From assembly GCA_017937705.1 (NCBI GenBank), contig JAGBDC010000006.1:30422-94421 (forward strand): a stretch of 64,000 nt of DNA, written 5' to 3'. The notes under the pieces are model-generated. The model was given only the letters and a program-made list of their open reading frames with translations, had not been told where the DNA came from and searched no databases. Shown here in pieces: positions 18,302-28,455 of the stretch; within the stretch, counting starts at the first letter, position 1; the number at the start of each line of letters is the position of its first letter. The position numbers were made by a program, and so were the translations under genes. Origin of the DNA: Alphaproteobacteria bacterium. GTDB lineage: Bacteria; Pseudomonadota; Alphaproteobacteria; RF32; CAG-239.

Positions 18302-19021
18302 TTAGTTGATGATTGTATAATCGCCTTCGCCAGAAATAGCCTTCAACAAGGCTTTTTCTCCCTTTTGAGCAAAAACGACTATTGGAATATTATTATCTTT
18401 AGCTAATGCAACCGCAGTTAAATCCATAACTTTCAAGCTTTTTTGAATGACATCATCGTAAGTTATATGTTCATAACGTACTGCGTTTGCATTCTTTTTA
18501 GGATCATCGGAATATACACCGTCAACCTGAGTTGATTTGAGCAAAACATCACATCCCATTTCAGAAGCACGGAGAGCTGCACCGGTATCGGTTGTAAAAT
18601 AGGGATTTCCGGTTCCGCCTGCAAATATAATCACTCTGTTTTTTTCTAAATGTCTCAAAGCTCTACGATATATATAGTTTTCGCAAACAGATGGTATATT
18701 TATACCGGAAAGAACTCTTGTTGCCGTACCCATTTTTTCAAGAGCATTTTGCAAATAGAGGGCATTCATAACCGTTGCTAACATACCAACTTGGTCTGCA
18801 ACTGAACGATTAAGCCCTTTAGATGCTTCTTTTGCGCCCCTGAAAATATTTCCGCCACCAACCACGATACAAACTTCAACGCCCTTATCGTGAACTTCTT
18901 TAATTTGTTCTGCTAACGAATTTATAACCTGTTCATCCATACCGAAAGCTCGGTCTCCCATAAGTCCTTCGCCGGATAATTTAAGTAATATGCGTTTATA
19001 TTTTGGTGTCATATCAAGCAT
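18302..19021 (-). CDS. pyrH: UMP kinase PyrH
   Basis: [11 protein letters not shown] and [10 protein letters not shown] motifs. Confidence 0.95.
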   Translation of the reverse strand: MLDMTPKYKRILLKLSGEGLMGDRAFGMDEQVINSLAEQIKEVHDKGVEVCIVVGGGNIFRGAKEASKGLNRSVADQVGMLATVMNALYLQNALEKMGTATRVLSGINIPSVCENYIYRRALRHLEKNRVIIFAGGTGNPYFTTDTGAALRASEMGCDVLLKSTQVDGVYSDDPKKNANAVRYEHITYDDVIQKSLKVMDLTAVALAKDNNIPIVVFAQKGEKALLKAISGEGDYTIIN

Positions 19022-19222
19022 TCTCTATTGTTAAATTCCAGTTTATATTAATCAATTAAATTTCTTTGTCGACTATATTTATATTTTTATTCAATGAAAA
19101 CTTTAATTTTATACGTTAACTCGTGATTTTTTGTCGTTATGTGGGAAAACTAAAAAAAAATATTTAAAATAAAACACTTTTGCTTTACATCTAAAGATAA
19201 ATTTAAAAGAAAGGATAAAACA

Positions 19223-19861
19223 ATGATTTCTATTTTTGTTGCTTCGGCTCTGGGCGGTTATTTGCTCGGTTCAATTCCGTTTGGTTTAGTTTTATGCTAT
19301 ATTGCCGGACTTGGTGATATAAGAAAAATAGGCTCCGGTAACATAGGAGCTACCAATGTATTGAGAACCGGCCGCAAAGACTTGGCTTTGGCAACAGTTT
19401 TGCTTGATGCCTCAAAAGCCGGCATAGCAGCTTGGGTTGCCGGATTGGTTGTTCCCGCAAATGATATACTAGTTATGGGAATTATGACCAAAACCAACAC
19501 ATTAGCTGCATTAATTGCAGGAACCGCAGCCATTTTAGGACATAATTTTCCGATATGGTTAGGTTTCAAAGGCGGAAAAGGTGTTGCTTCCGCTTTCGGT
19601 TTTATCGTAGTTATGAGTCCAACATTAGGTTTATTGGCATTGCTGACTTGGTTGGTATTTGCTTTTGCTTTTCGCTACTCTTCATTGTCTGCCATTGCTG
19701 CTGCAACGTTAACTCCGGTTTATGCATACTTTTTTGCCGGAGAAATGGAAGCAATATTCTTTAGTATGATAGCCTTGCTAGTTTTGGTCAGACATCATGC
19801 AAATATTGTCAGACTCGTAAAAGGAACTGAAAGTAAAATCAGCTTTAAGAAGAAAGCATAA
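19223..19861 (+). CDS. plsY: glycerol-3-phosphate acyltransferase PlsY
   Basis: GSGNIGATNVLR and FKGGKGVA motifs in a polytopic membrane protein. Confidence 0.9.
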   Translation: MISIFVASALGGYLLGSIPFGLVLCYIAGLGDIRKIGSGNIGATNVLRTGRKDLALATVLLDASKAGIAAWVAGLVVPANDILVMGIMTKTNTLAALIAGTAAILGHNFPIWLGFKGGKGVASAFGFIVVMSPTLGLLALLTWLVFAFAFRYSSLSAIAAATLTPVYAYFFAGEMEAIFFSMIALLVLVRHHANIVRLVKGTESKISFKKKA

Positions 19862-20982
19862 TGGCTTTGAAACAAACAATTATTGAAGCTCTGCGCCTGA
19901 TTAATACCGACGGCATCGGTCCGGTAGGGTATGAAAAATATAAAAGTGCATACGGTTCTGTTGCCGATGCACTTGTTTTTTTGGAAAAAGCAGGGAAAAA
20001 CGTTCCTTCCGTAGCTTGGGCAGAAAATGAATTAGAAAAAGCCGGAAAAGAAAATGTGCATATTTTACTTAAAGAAGATGTTTTATATCCTCAAAAGTTA
20101 TTGTTATTAAAAGATGCCCCTCCGGTTTTGTATGCAAAAGGAAATCTAAATTTATTATCAATAGATTTATCGCTAGCAATTGTCGGTAGCCGTAATGCAA
20201 GTATTAATGCAAGAAAGCTGTCATCAAAAATAGCCTATGATTTAACCGAAAATAAAATTTTGATAATTTCGGGAATGGCCAGAGGAATTGATACGGCTGC
20301 TCATAAAGGAGCAATGCATGCCCTCAATCAAAAAGGCCCTACTATTGCAGTACTGGGAACGGGAATTGATAAAATCTATCCTACCGAAAATAAAGATTTA
20401 TATTATCAAATAGCAGAACAAGGATTGTTATTGTCGGAAGTTACATTAGGAACTGAAGCTCAAATTTCAAACTTTCCGCGCAGAAATCGAATTGTCGCCG
20501 GATTGAGTTGCGGAGTTTTGGTAACCGAAGCCTCTGAAAAATCTGGTTCGTTAATCACGGCTAAACTAGGGGCACAACAAGGAAAGCATTTATTTTCTGT
20601 TCCCGGCAATCCGTATGATAACAAGTCTGCAGGAACAAATAATCTGTTGCGAATGGGGGCGCATTTTACCGAAAAAGCAGAAGACATCATTGAAATATTA
20701 CAAAATTATAATGTTAACACCCCAACCTATAAGGTTGAAGAAATATGTGACGATTTATTAATAAACTCTCTTGACAATTCTATAAAAACTAACAATATTC
20801 CTTCTAGTTCTAAATATCCGATTGAAGAATTTTTATCAACATCGGCTGCCGACATAGATGAGATTATACGTTATTCAAAATTAGATACGGCAACGGTAAT
20901 GATGCAAATTCTTGATTTGGAAATAGAAGGAAGAATAGTTCGACTTCCGGGCAACAAAATCGCACTGAGCGAAAGAAAGTGA
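19861..20982 (+). CDS. dprA: DNA processing protein DprA
   Basis: SGMARGIDTAAHKGA Rossmann-like core. Its ATG overlaps the plsY stop by 1 nt. Confidence 0.85.
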   Translation: MALKQTIIEALRLINTDGIGPVGYEKYKSAYGSVADALVFLEKAGKNVPSVAWAENELEKAGKENVHILLKEDVLYPQKLLLLKDAPPVLYAKGNLNLLSIDLSLAIVGSRNASINARKLSSKIAYDLTENKILIISGMARGIDTAAHKGAMHALNQKGPTIAVLGTGIDKIYPTENKDLYYQIAEQGLLLSEVTLGTEAQISNFPRRNRIVAGLSCGVLVTEASEKSGSLITAKLGAQQGKHLFSVPGNPYDNKSAGTNNLLRMGAHFTEKAEDIIEILQNYNVNTPTYKVEEICDDLLINSLDNSIKTNNIPSSSKYPIEEFLSTSAADIDEIIRYSKLDTATVMMQILDLEIEGRIVRLPGNKIALSERK

Positions 20983-20992
20983 GAAAAAAGAA

Positions 20993-23446
20993 ATGAAACT
21001 AGTTATCGTGGAATCTCCGGCAAAAGCCAAAACCATTAACAAATATTTAGGGGAAGAATATAAGGTTCTTGCCAGTTTCGGTCATATAAGAGATTTGCCG
21101 AGTAAAGACGGTTCTGTTCAACCGGAACAAGATTTTGCAATGACTTGGGAATTAAGTTCCGGAGGGCAAAAGCGTCTGAAAGATATTATTGCCGCAGTTA
21201 AAGATGCCGATACGATTGTACTCGCATCCGACCCGGATAGAGAAGGAGAAGCTATCGCTTGGCATATTTTAGAAGAACTGAAAGCTCGTAATAAAATTAA
21301 AGATAAAAAAATTGAACGTGTAGTATTTCACGAAATTACAAAATCCGCTGTAACCGAAGCAATTAAAAATCCTCGCTCCATTGATGATAATTTGGTTTCT
21401 GCATATATGGCAAGACGTGCTCTTGACTATTTGGTGGGGTTCAATCTTTCTCCGGTTTTATGGCGAAAACTTCCGGGTTCAAAATCTGCCGGACGTGTAC
21501 AGTCTGTTGCTTTGCGCCTTGTTTGTGAAAGAGAAAATGAAATAGAAAACTTTAAGCCCGAAGAATATTGGACTATTGATGCCGAATTGTTTACATCTAA
21601 ACAAGCCTTAATAAAATCAAAATTGGTTACTTTAGATGGAAAAAAACTGGAAAAATTTGACATTAACAGCGAAGAAAAAGCTCTTGCCGCAAAAGCTAAA
21701 ATAGAAGCTCAAGATTTTGCCGTTTCCAATGTTGAACGCAAAAAAGCTAATCGTTACCCTGCTCCTCCGTTTACAACCTCAACTTTACAACAAGAAGCAG
21801 CTCGTAAATTACGTTTTTCTGCTAAAAAAACGATGCAGATTGCTCAAAAACTTTATGAAGAAGGCTATATTACTTATATGCGTACCGATGCGGTCAATCT
21901 TTCTAAAGATGCCATAAATGCTTGTCGTGATGCAATTGTAAAGTATTTTGGAGAAGATTATCTGCCTAAAACACCGAAAGAATATAAAAATAAGTCTAAA
22001 AATGCACAAGAGGCTCACGAAGCCATCCGACCGGCAGATGTATTTAATACCCCTAAAAAAATGGAAACTAAACTTGATGCCGATGCTCACAAATTATATG
22101 AATTAATTTGGAAACGTACAGTTGCCTGTCAAATGAACCCAGCTATTTTAGATAAGGTTTCCATTGAATCCACATCAAATGACGGACAAATTATGTTGCG
22201 TGCAAACGGGCAAGTTATAGCGTTTGACGGCTATCTCAAGTTATATCAAGAAAGTTTTGATGATGACGATGAAGATGAAGACAATCGTTTGTTACCGAAT
22301 GTGGAAGTAGGAGAAAAAGAAACTAAAGGTGAAATTTTCACCGACAAACATTTTACGGCACCACCTCCTCGTTTTACTGAAGCAAGTTTAGTAAAAAAAC
22401 TTGAAGAACTCGGTATCGGTCGTCCTTCAACTTATGCGACAATTATTGCCGTATTACAGGAACGTCAATATGTTAAGGTAGAAAAACTTCGTTTTATTCC
22501 GGAAGAAAGAGGAAGAATTGTTACCGTATTTTTAGAAAACTTTTTCAATAAATATGTAGAATATGATTTTACCGCACAAATGGAAGAATTTTTAGATGAT
22601 ATTTCTGCCGGCTCTATGGAATGGAAAAAACTTTTGACCGGTTTTTGGAGTAAATTCATCAAAAATATTGAAGCAGTCAGTCCTTTGCAAATGACCGAGG
22701 TTATCAATAAAATTGACGAAGTTTTAGGAAATCACCTGTTCCCTGCTCGTGAGGACGGAACGGACCCTCGTTCCTGTCCGGATTGTAATAATGGTCGTTT
22801 AGGTATAAAATTAGGCCGTTTTGGCGCATTTATAGGTTGTTCTAACTATCCGGAATGTAAATATACCAAACAATTGATTGATACATCGGCAGAAGAAGAA
22901 AAAATTGCCAATGCACCGGAGTTAACTAATCCGGAAGATAAAGAACTCGGATTGATTAACAATGAAGTTATTTATCTTAAAAAAGGCCCTTACGGATACT
23001 ATGTTCAATTGGGTGCCGACAAAGGCAAAGAAAAACCCAAACGTTGTTCTTTGCCCAAAGGATGTACACCGGAAAATATTTCTTTGGAAAAAGCCGAAAT
23101 TTTATTAAACCTTCCCCGTCAATTAGGGAACGGTATTGAAGCTAATATCGGAAAGTTCGGAATGTATATAAAGCAAGGCGGAAAATCTAAATCATTGACC
23201 GGAAATGATGATATATTCAATATTACGTTGGAAAGAGCAGAACAAATATTGCAAGGAGTAGCAGAAAAGCCTCAAGCAGTACTAATTGGCACCAACCCGC
23301 AAAACAAAGAACAAATCACTCTAAATTCAGGGAGATACGGTCCCTACTTAAAGTGTGGAAAGAACAATTACGCTCTACCTAAAGACCTACATGGTAAAGA
23401 GATAGATATCGAAACTGCAATGAAAATAATTTCCGCTAAAAAATAA
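20993..23446 (+). CDS. topA: DNA topoisomerase I
   Basis: TOPRIM N-terminus KLVIVESPAKAKTI, active-site region YITYMRTD and a C-terminal Cys4 zinc ribbon CPDC...CSNYPEC. Confidence 0.95.
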   Translation: MKLVIVESPAKAKTINKYLGEEYKVLASFGHIRDLPSKDGSVQPEQDFAMTWELSSGGQKRLKDIIAAVKDADTIVLASDPDREGEAIAWHILEELKARNKIKDKKIERVVFHEITKSAVTEAIKNPRSIDDNLVSAYMARRALDYLVGFNLSPVLWRKLPGSKSAGRVQSVALRLVCERENEIENFKPEEYWTIDAELFTSKQALIKSKLVTLDGKKLEKFDINSEEKALAAKAKIEAQDFAVSNVERKKANRYPAPPFTTSTLQQEAARKLRFSAKKTMQIAQKLYEEGYITYMRTDAVNLSKDAINACRDAIVKYFGEDYLPKTPKEYKNKSKNAQEAHEAIRPADVFNTPKKMETKLDADAHKLYELIWKRTVACQMNPAILDKVSIESTSNDGQIMLRANGQVIAFDGYLKLYQESFDDDDEDEDNRLLPNVEVGEKETKGEIFTDKHFTAPPPRFTEASLVKKLEELGIGRPSTYATIIAVLQERQYVKVEKLRFIPEERGRIVTVFLENFFNKYVEYDFTAQMEEFLDDISAGSMEWKKLLTGFWSKFIKNIEAVSPLQMTEVINKIDEVLGNHLFPAREDGTDPRSCPDCNNGRLGIKLGRFGAFIGCSNYPECKYTKQLIDTSAEEEKIANAPELTNPEDKELGLINNEVIYLKKGPYGYYVQLGADKGKEKPKRCSLPKGCTPENISLEKAEILLNLPRQLGNGIEANIGKFGMYIKQGGKSKSLTGNDDIFNITLERAEQILQGVAEKPQAVLIGTNPQNKEQITLNSGRYGPYLKCGKNNYALPKDLHGKEIDIETAMKIISAKK

Positions 23447-23533
23447 GTTAAAGTCGCCACAAAAAAGGCGACTTTACTTTAAGAAATACTATTCACAGCA
23501 TAAATATTTTTTTATAGAAAATTTGATAAAAAA

Positions 23534-24085
23534 ATGCTAGATTTTGTTGGTAAAGTAACAATAATATATAAAAAAACAATGACAAATAAAACAAATTCTA
23601 CATATTCAAAAGATGAAGCATATTCGATTAAAATCGGTATGTATGCGATTTTGATAATTGCTATTCTTTTTGCAACATATATAATCAGACGTGATTTAAC
23701 TGCCAATCAAGAAAAAAGCAGTTATTATTCCATTAATGCCAGATTTGGCAGAACCGATGGTTTGAGTATAGGAAATGATGTCCGCTTGGCCGGTGTTAAT
23801 GTCGGCAAAGTTATTGATATGAAAATCGATGAAAATTATCGAGTTATTTTGACTATGGAAATTAAAGACGGTATACAAATTCCTGATGATAGTTCTGCTT
23901 CTATCGTCAGTAACGGAGTTTTGGGTGGTAAATATATTGAGCTTGAGCCCGGAGGTTCAGAAGAATATATGGAACAAGGAAGCGAAATATCTTTTGTTCG
24001 TGATGCGATGGTTTTAGAAGAAGTTGTTGATAGAATTATAGGTTTAGGAAAAGCAAAACGCCAAAAACAAAAGGAGCAAAAATGA
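23534..24085 (+). CDS. MlaD/MCE-domain protein
   Basis: N-terminal transmembrane segment followed by an MCE-like core (GNDVRLAGVNVGKVIDMKI). The start codon is uncertain; internal Met at 23579 is possible. Confidence 0.65.
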   Translation: MLDFVGKVTIIYKKTMTNKTNSTYSKDEAYSIKIGMYAILIIAILFATYIIRRDLTANQEKSSYYSINARFGRTDGLSIGNDVRLAGVNVGKVIDMKIDENYRVILTMEIKDGIQIPDDSSASIVSNGVLGGKYIELEPGGSEEYMEQGSEISFVRDAMVLEEVVDRIIGLGKAKRQKQKEQK

Positions 24086-24543
24086 TGAGTAAACGACCAT
24101 TTGAAACAATTATGGGAATTGTTGTATTGATAATCGCAGGTCTGTTCTTGGCTTTTGCGTACAGAGTTTCAGATTTGCAGGTAGTCAAAGGGTATGAGCT
24201 TTCAGCTAAATTCTTAAAAGTAGGAGGGCTCGGTGTTGGTGCCGATGTTATGATTAACGGCATAAAAATCGGAACGGTTATAGGTTTGAAACTTGATAAT
24301 GAAAATTATGATGCGGAAATTAAATTGAGCATCGCTCCCGATGTTAAATTACCAGAAGACAGTGTTGCAACCATTGCAACAAATGGTTTGATGGGCAATA
24401 AGTTTATAAAAATAGAACCGGGAAAATCAAAAGAAATTTTAAAAAATGGCGATGAAATTACTAATACAAAAGATTTCAAAACACTGGAAGATATGGTTGG
24501 CGAAGTTATATTTATGGTGACCGGCGATGATGATAAAGAATAA
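24082..24543 (+). CDS. MlaD/MCE-domain protein
   Basis: Transmembrane segment followed by an MCE-like core (GADVMINGIKIGTVIGLKL). ATGA overlap with the upstream paralogue. Confidence 0.7.
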   Translation: MMSKRPFETIMGIVVLIIAGLFLAFAYRVSDLQVVKGYELSAKFLKVGGLGVGADVMINGIKIGTVIGLKLDNENYDAEIKLSIAPDVKLPEDSVATIATNGLMGNKFIKIEPGKSKEILKNGDEITNTKDFKTLEDMVGEVIFMVTGDDDKE

Positions 24544-25582
24544 GCTTTTTTACATAGCATTAATTTCTGCATTTTCACTGTCTTTAAGTGTTAATGCAAC
24601 GGAAATAAATACCAATACGGCAATTATGCAGGCAATGGATAAAATTACAGGTCACGTAAGCCTTGTTGAAGTTCCGGTAAATCAAGAAGTTAAGTTTGGA
24701 ACATTCTCTATTTTGGTTCGAGAATGTAAAACAAGAACACCAGAAGAAACGCCGGAAAATTTTGCCTTTGTTGATATTGTTGATGCAACACCAAAAGGCA
24801 ACAAAATCAACATATTCAAAGGTTGGATGATATCTTCTTCACCGGCTTTGAATGCCGTGGCTCATCCGGTATATGACGTATGGCTTTTGAAATGTACGGA
24901 TAAAAATGTTGATACAAAATTGCAGATGAATAAAGAAGAGTTGGCTGACAGAGATACTATAGAAATGAAACGCCAACAAGCAATTATGGTTCTGGAAGAA
25001 GTGGCCAAAAGTGAAAATATCGTTGAAACCAGCGGAGAACCTATCGACCTAATCCCCGATTCCGTTACAGAAGAAAATGCTGAAACTAAGGATAAAAATG
25101 CAGGCGTTGAAAAAAATGAGATATTAACGCCTGAAAAGATAGTCACAGAAGCAGAAAATGTTGTAGAAAACGCATCAAAAGATATTAAGGAAATTGTTAA
25201 CACCATAGAAGATGGTGCTCCGGAAGCTTTGGTTGTAATTCAAGAAGAAAAAACATCTGTTCCGCCTCTGGATGAATATGAAGTTATTGAAGATGTTGTT
25301 GTCATAAAAAATGAGCAAGAACAAAAAATACCTTCTGATAATGAGGAACAAAATACTCAAGAAGAAATAAAAGAACAAGTAACCGAAACGGTAAAAAAAG
25401 CAGAAGAACAGAGCGAAAAAGAGACAGAAACAACCGATAATAATGTCGAAAGTGTAGCAGAAGAAATAAAAGAAAATACAATACAAAAGGTTGATGAAGA
25501 ACCAAAAGAAAAAATTCTCTCTCCTGAGGAAATTATTTCACAGCTTGAAAAAGAATTATCGGCTAAGGCAATAAGCGAATAA
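24527..25582 (+). CDS. DUF2155-like secreted protein with a long acidic C-terminal extension
   Basis: Signal peptide. The N-terminal ~130 aa resemble the alphaproteobacterial DUF2155 family, which typically sits next to mlaD. The remaining ~200 aa are a Glu/Lys-rich low-complexity tail. Confidence 0.55.
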   Translation: MMIKNKLFYIALISAFSLSLSVNATEINTNTAIMQAMDKITGHVSLVEVPVNQEVKFGTFSILVRECKTRTPEETPENFAFVDIVDATPKGNKINIFKGWMISSSPALNAVAHPVYDVWLLKCTDKNVDTKLQMNKEELADRDTIEMKRQQAIMVLEEVAKSENIVETSGEPIDLIPDSVTEENAETKDKNAGVEKNEILTPEKIVTEAENVVENASKDIKEIVNTIEDGAPEALVVIQEEKTSVPPLDEYEVIEDVVVIKNEQEQKIPSDNEEQNTQEEIKEQVTETVKKAEEQSEKETETTDNNVESVAEEIKENTIQKVDEEPKEKILSPEEIISQLEKELSAKAISE

Positions 25583-25596
25583 TAAGGGGAAATAAC

Positions 25597-26529
25597 ATGA
25601 GTGAAAATGAAATTGATGTTAGTTTTGTAATGACAGTTTATAATAAAGAATATTATCTACCGTCAGTATTAAAGGCTCTGTTAGGTCAAACAGGACTAAA
25701 AAATCCCGAATTTATTTTTGTTGATGATTTATCTACAGATAAATCCGTTCAAATCATCAAAGATATGACCCAAAATGTACCAAACGTAACAATCATTGAA
25801 AATGACAGGAACAGAGGAATTAGTGCCAGAATAAATCAAGGTATTGCTTTGGCCAAGGGAAAGTGGTGTCGTATGCTTGATTCTGACGATATTTTTCCGC
25901 TTGATTCGACTGAAAAAATGATAAAACTTGCCGAAGAACTCCCTGCAGATATGGTTTATGGTTGTTTTACCAAAACAGGAAAAGAACCGCAAGAACTTGA
26001 AAAATGCATGTTGGAAGAATTTACGTATAAACATAATACAAATGCCCTCATGGGAGTTTTGACCGGAAGATATACCCGTATGGGACAATTAATCAAAACC
26101 GAAGTATTACACAAAGCAGAAGGAGCTGATGAGCGAGCATTTATACAAGATGAGTCCATTCCTTTAAGAGCAGCAATTTATGCACGAGGAATTGCTAAGA
26201 TGACCGCAAATGTTGTTTTAGTCCCCAAAGAAATTGGTAATTTTTCAGGAAACAAAATTCAGCTCGACCACGACAGATTTATGGCATATTATTGGACTAT
26301 AAAAGACAATACTCAGCTATCTGAAAAAAATATGCATCTGATGTATATGAGAGCTTTATCAGCATATTGGAAGTTTGTTAAAAAGACCAAAAAAAATCCA
26401 TATGTGACATCTGCATTTTATCGCTATTTATGGTGTAAAATGAGCAATTGTTTACCGGATATTGAATATTTAGATAAAATATATAAAATTTTTGCTGCAA
26501 GAGAAGATGTTCGCAGAATAAAACCATAA
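25597..26529 (+). CDS. family 2 glycosyltransferase
   Basis: VSFVMTVYNKEYYL, FVDDLSTD and MLDSDD (DxD) motifs. Confidence 0.75.
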   Translation: MSENEIDVSFVMTVYNKEYYLPSVLKALLGQTGLKNPEFIFVDDLSTDKSVQIIKDMTQNVPNVTIIENDRNRGISARINQGIALAKGKWCRMLDSDDIFPLDSTEKMIKLAEELPADMVYGCFTKTGKEPQELEKCMLEEFTYKHNTNALMGVLTGRYTRMGQLIKTEVLHKAEGADERAFIQDESIPLRAAIYARGIAKMTANVVLVPKEIGNFSGNKIQLDHDRFMAYYWTIKDNTQLSEKNMHLMYMRALSAYWKFVKKTKKNPYVTSAFYRYLWCKMSNCLPDIEYLDKIYKIFAAREDVRRIKP

Positions 26530-26571
26530 TAAAGAGAATATATAACACCTTTTGTCTCAATTGTTTAGAAC

Positions 26572-26616
26572 AAAAAATACTCCGAAAATTATAACATAGT
26601 TTCCGGAGTATTTTTT
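26572..26616. terminator. bidirectional intrinsic terminator
   Basis: ATACTCCG / CGGAGTAT stem with A-run and T-run flanks, between convergent genes. Confidence 0.55.
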
Positions 26617-26639
26617 CACAATCTGATTTTCATTATAAA

Positions 26640-27095
26640 TTAAAATGGAATATCATCATCAATCGGAGCTGTTGCAGGAGCTGAATCCCAACCGTTTGAA
26701 GCAGAAGCAGAAAATACATCTCCACCTGAAGAAGCGCCTTCGCCACGACCGTCAAGCATCACTAATGTTCCGGTATAGTTTTGCAAAACAACTTCTGTTG
26801 TATATCTTTTTTGGCCGTTATTATCATCCCAAGAACGAGTTTGCAACTGACCTTCAATATAAACTTTTGAACCTTTACGCAAAAATCTTTCCGCAACATC
26901 GGCTAATTGACTATTAAAAATAACCACACGATGCCATTCGGTTCTGTCTTTTCTCTCTCCTGATACTTTGTCTTTCCAAGTATCGGTTGTAGCTACACTT
27001 AAATTCACCACTTTACTACCGTTTTGCGTTGTATTAACTCTTGGGTCATCACCAAGATTACCAACCAAAATTACTTTATTTATGCTTCCAGCCAT
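26640..27095 (-). CDS. ssb: single-stranded DNA-binding protein
   Basis: OB-fold N-terminus [14 protein letters not shown], Gly-rich linker and the C-terminal DDDIPF tip. Confidence 0.95.
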   Translation of the reverse strand: MAGSINKVILVGNLGDDPRVNTTQNGSKVVNLSVATTDTWKDKVSGERKDRTEWHRVVIFNSQLADVAERFLRKGSKVYIEGQLQTRSWDDNNGQKRYTTEVVLQNYTGTLVMLDGRGEGASSGGDVFSASASNGWDSAPATAPIDDDIPF

Positions 27096-27166
27096 TTTTT
27101 CTCTCTTTTTCTCAAAATTAAAACTACTATGAATATAATTTAATTAATCTTATAGTCAAAAACAAA

Positions 27167-28285
27167 TCAATATACCTGTGTATATTCACCGTCACGAATA
27201 CGATAAACAACATAAGGCAATGATTTATCAGGAATTCCGTTAATAAATGTTACGGTGTCCCATCCGGTATTAATCGGATTAGCTTCAAGTTGTTTTAATA
27301 TTTTATCATATTTGAACGATTTTGTTTCTTTTACCAAATTTGACCACATTTTTACCGACAAATATCCGTACGGCATAAGTCCTTCCGGCTCGATTCCCCA
27401 TAAACGAAGTCTTACCAAACTTGAAGCAAAATTCGGATTTTGGGTTAACGGAGGCAAAGACATCATAAAGCTGTCTTCTGATAAATTTTTCATCTTACGA
27501 CCGAATTTTTTGTTTAAATTATATCTGTCTGCAAAAACAATAATTTCGGAATCTTGGGTTTTTAGCTTTTCAATTGTCTTTGTTATATTATCATGAGTGC
27601 CTAAAATATAAACGAGAGTAGCTTCTCCGTCTGTCGCTTTTGATACGGCCGCATCAATATCTCCGCCCTGCACTGCGTAGTTTATTAAGATTAAACTGCC
27701 TTTACTGTCCGGTTTTTCATATTCGAGTCTGATGTTATCGGCAACAGAAGTCATATCCATATCTTTTCCGTCATAAAATACGGCCATTGTATGTTGCGGA
27801 TAATGAGAAAATACAAAACGTGTCAATTCTTTTGCTTGTTCTTCTTTATATCCGGTAAAATGAATTATTCCTTTATGCGCACGATTATATCTGGCTTTGC
27901 TGACACTTATCGGATGTACTTGCAAAATTTTTGCTTTTGCTAACAGTTCGGCAACATCATCAGCAGCATTACCGCAAGTAGGACCGATTACCATATAGAT
28001 TTTATTATCCGCAACCTTATTTAACGACATCATTTGTGCTGCCGAAAGAGAAAGGTTATCATCACAAGGATCATCAATAGGTATAAGATTTACCTTTTTT
28101 CCTTGTAAACCGCCACGATTATTGATTTCATCAACCGCAATTTTTGCACCATTAATTAATTCTTCACTAAAATACTTATAATCATTTCCCATAGGGGTAA
28201 TAACCGCAATATTTATTTCTGCAAAGGCATTAAACGGAGAGAGCATTACAGCTCCCATTAATATATTTCTAAAAAAGTTCTTCAT
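27167..28285 (-). CDS. ABC transporter substrate-binding protein (LivJ/branched-chain amino acid type)
   Basis: Signal peptide and IAVDEINNRGGLQGKKVNLIPIDD, which is typical of Peripla_BP_6-type proteins. Confidence 0.7.
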   Translation of the reverse strand: MKNFFRNILMGAVMLSPFNAFAEINIAVITPMGNDYKYFSEELINGAKIAVDEINNRGGLQGKKVNLIPIDDPCDDNLSLSAAQMMSLNKVADNKIYMVIGPTCGNAADDVAELLAKAKILQVHPISVSKARYNRAHKGIIHFTGYKEEQAKELTRFVFSHYPQHTMAVFYDGKDMDMTSVADNIRLEYEKPDSKGSLILINYAVQGGDIDAAVSKATDGEATLVYILGTHDNITKTIEKLKTQDSEIIVFADRYNLNKKFGRKMKNLSEDSFMMSLPPLTQNPNFASSLVRLRLWGIEPEGLMPYGYLSVKMWSNLVKETKSFKYDKILKQLEANPINTGWDTVTFINGIPDKSLPYVVYRIRDGEYTQVY

Positions 28286-28455
28286 TTTGTTCTTCTTTAT
28301 TTATTTAGTACTAAACTCTATCGATATTAACTAATTTTTAATATATTGGCAAGCATAAAGCATTGTTGTTGACAAAATATCTCTTTTCTTGGCTTATTTT
28401 TGGGATTTTTGTTGCTAAATTTATTGATGCTGTCTATATTTTTCACAGGAGATTG

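Noticed and set aside
19022-19222. Replication origin at the pyrH/plsY divergent junction (switch of gene orientation)
   Set aside because: I saw only one weak DnaA-box-like sequence (TGTGGGAAA). There is no cluster of boxes and no dnaA, dnaN or hemE context. Gene orientation flips several more times in the window.
25175-25505. Minus-strand ORFs rich in Phe/Leu opposite the DUF2155-like gene tail
   Set aside because: They are the antisense of the GAA/AAA-rich acidic tail (which gives TTC/TTT codons). They have no independent signals.
28363-28455. N-terminal extensions proposed by the ORF track (uvrA from 28363, recA from 3381, cdsA from 17096, the zeta-like gene from 33153, ddpX from 61040, RNase H from 8568, the 394-aa form from 4492)
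   Set aside because: In each case an internal ATG with a good AGGAG-type RBS and/or the conserved family N-terminus lies downstream. The extensions overlap upstream genes, promoters or terminators.
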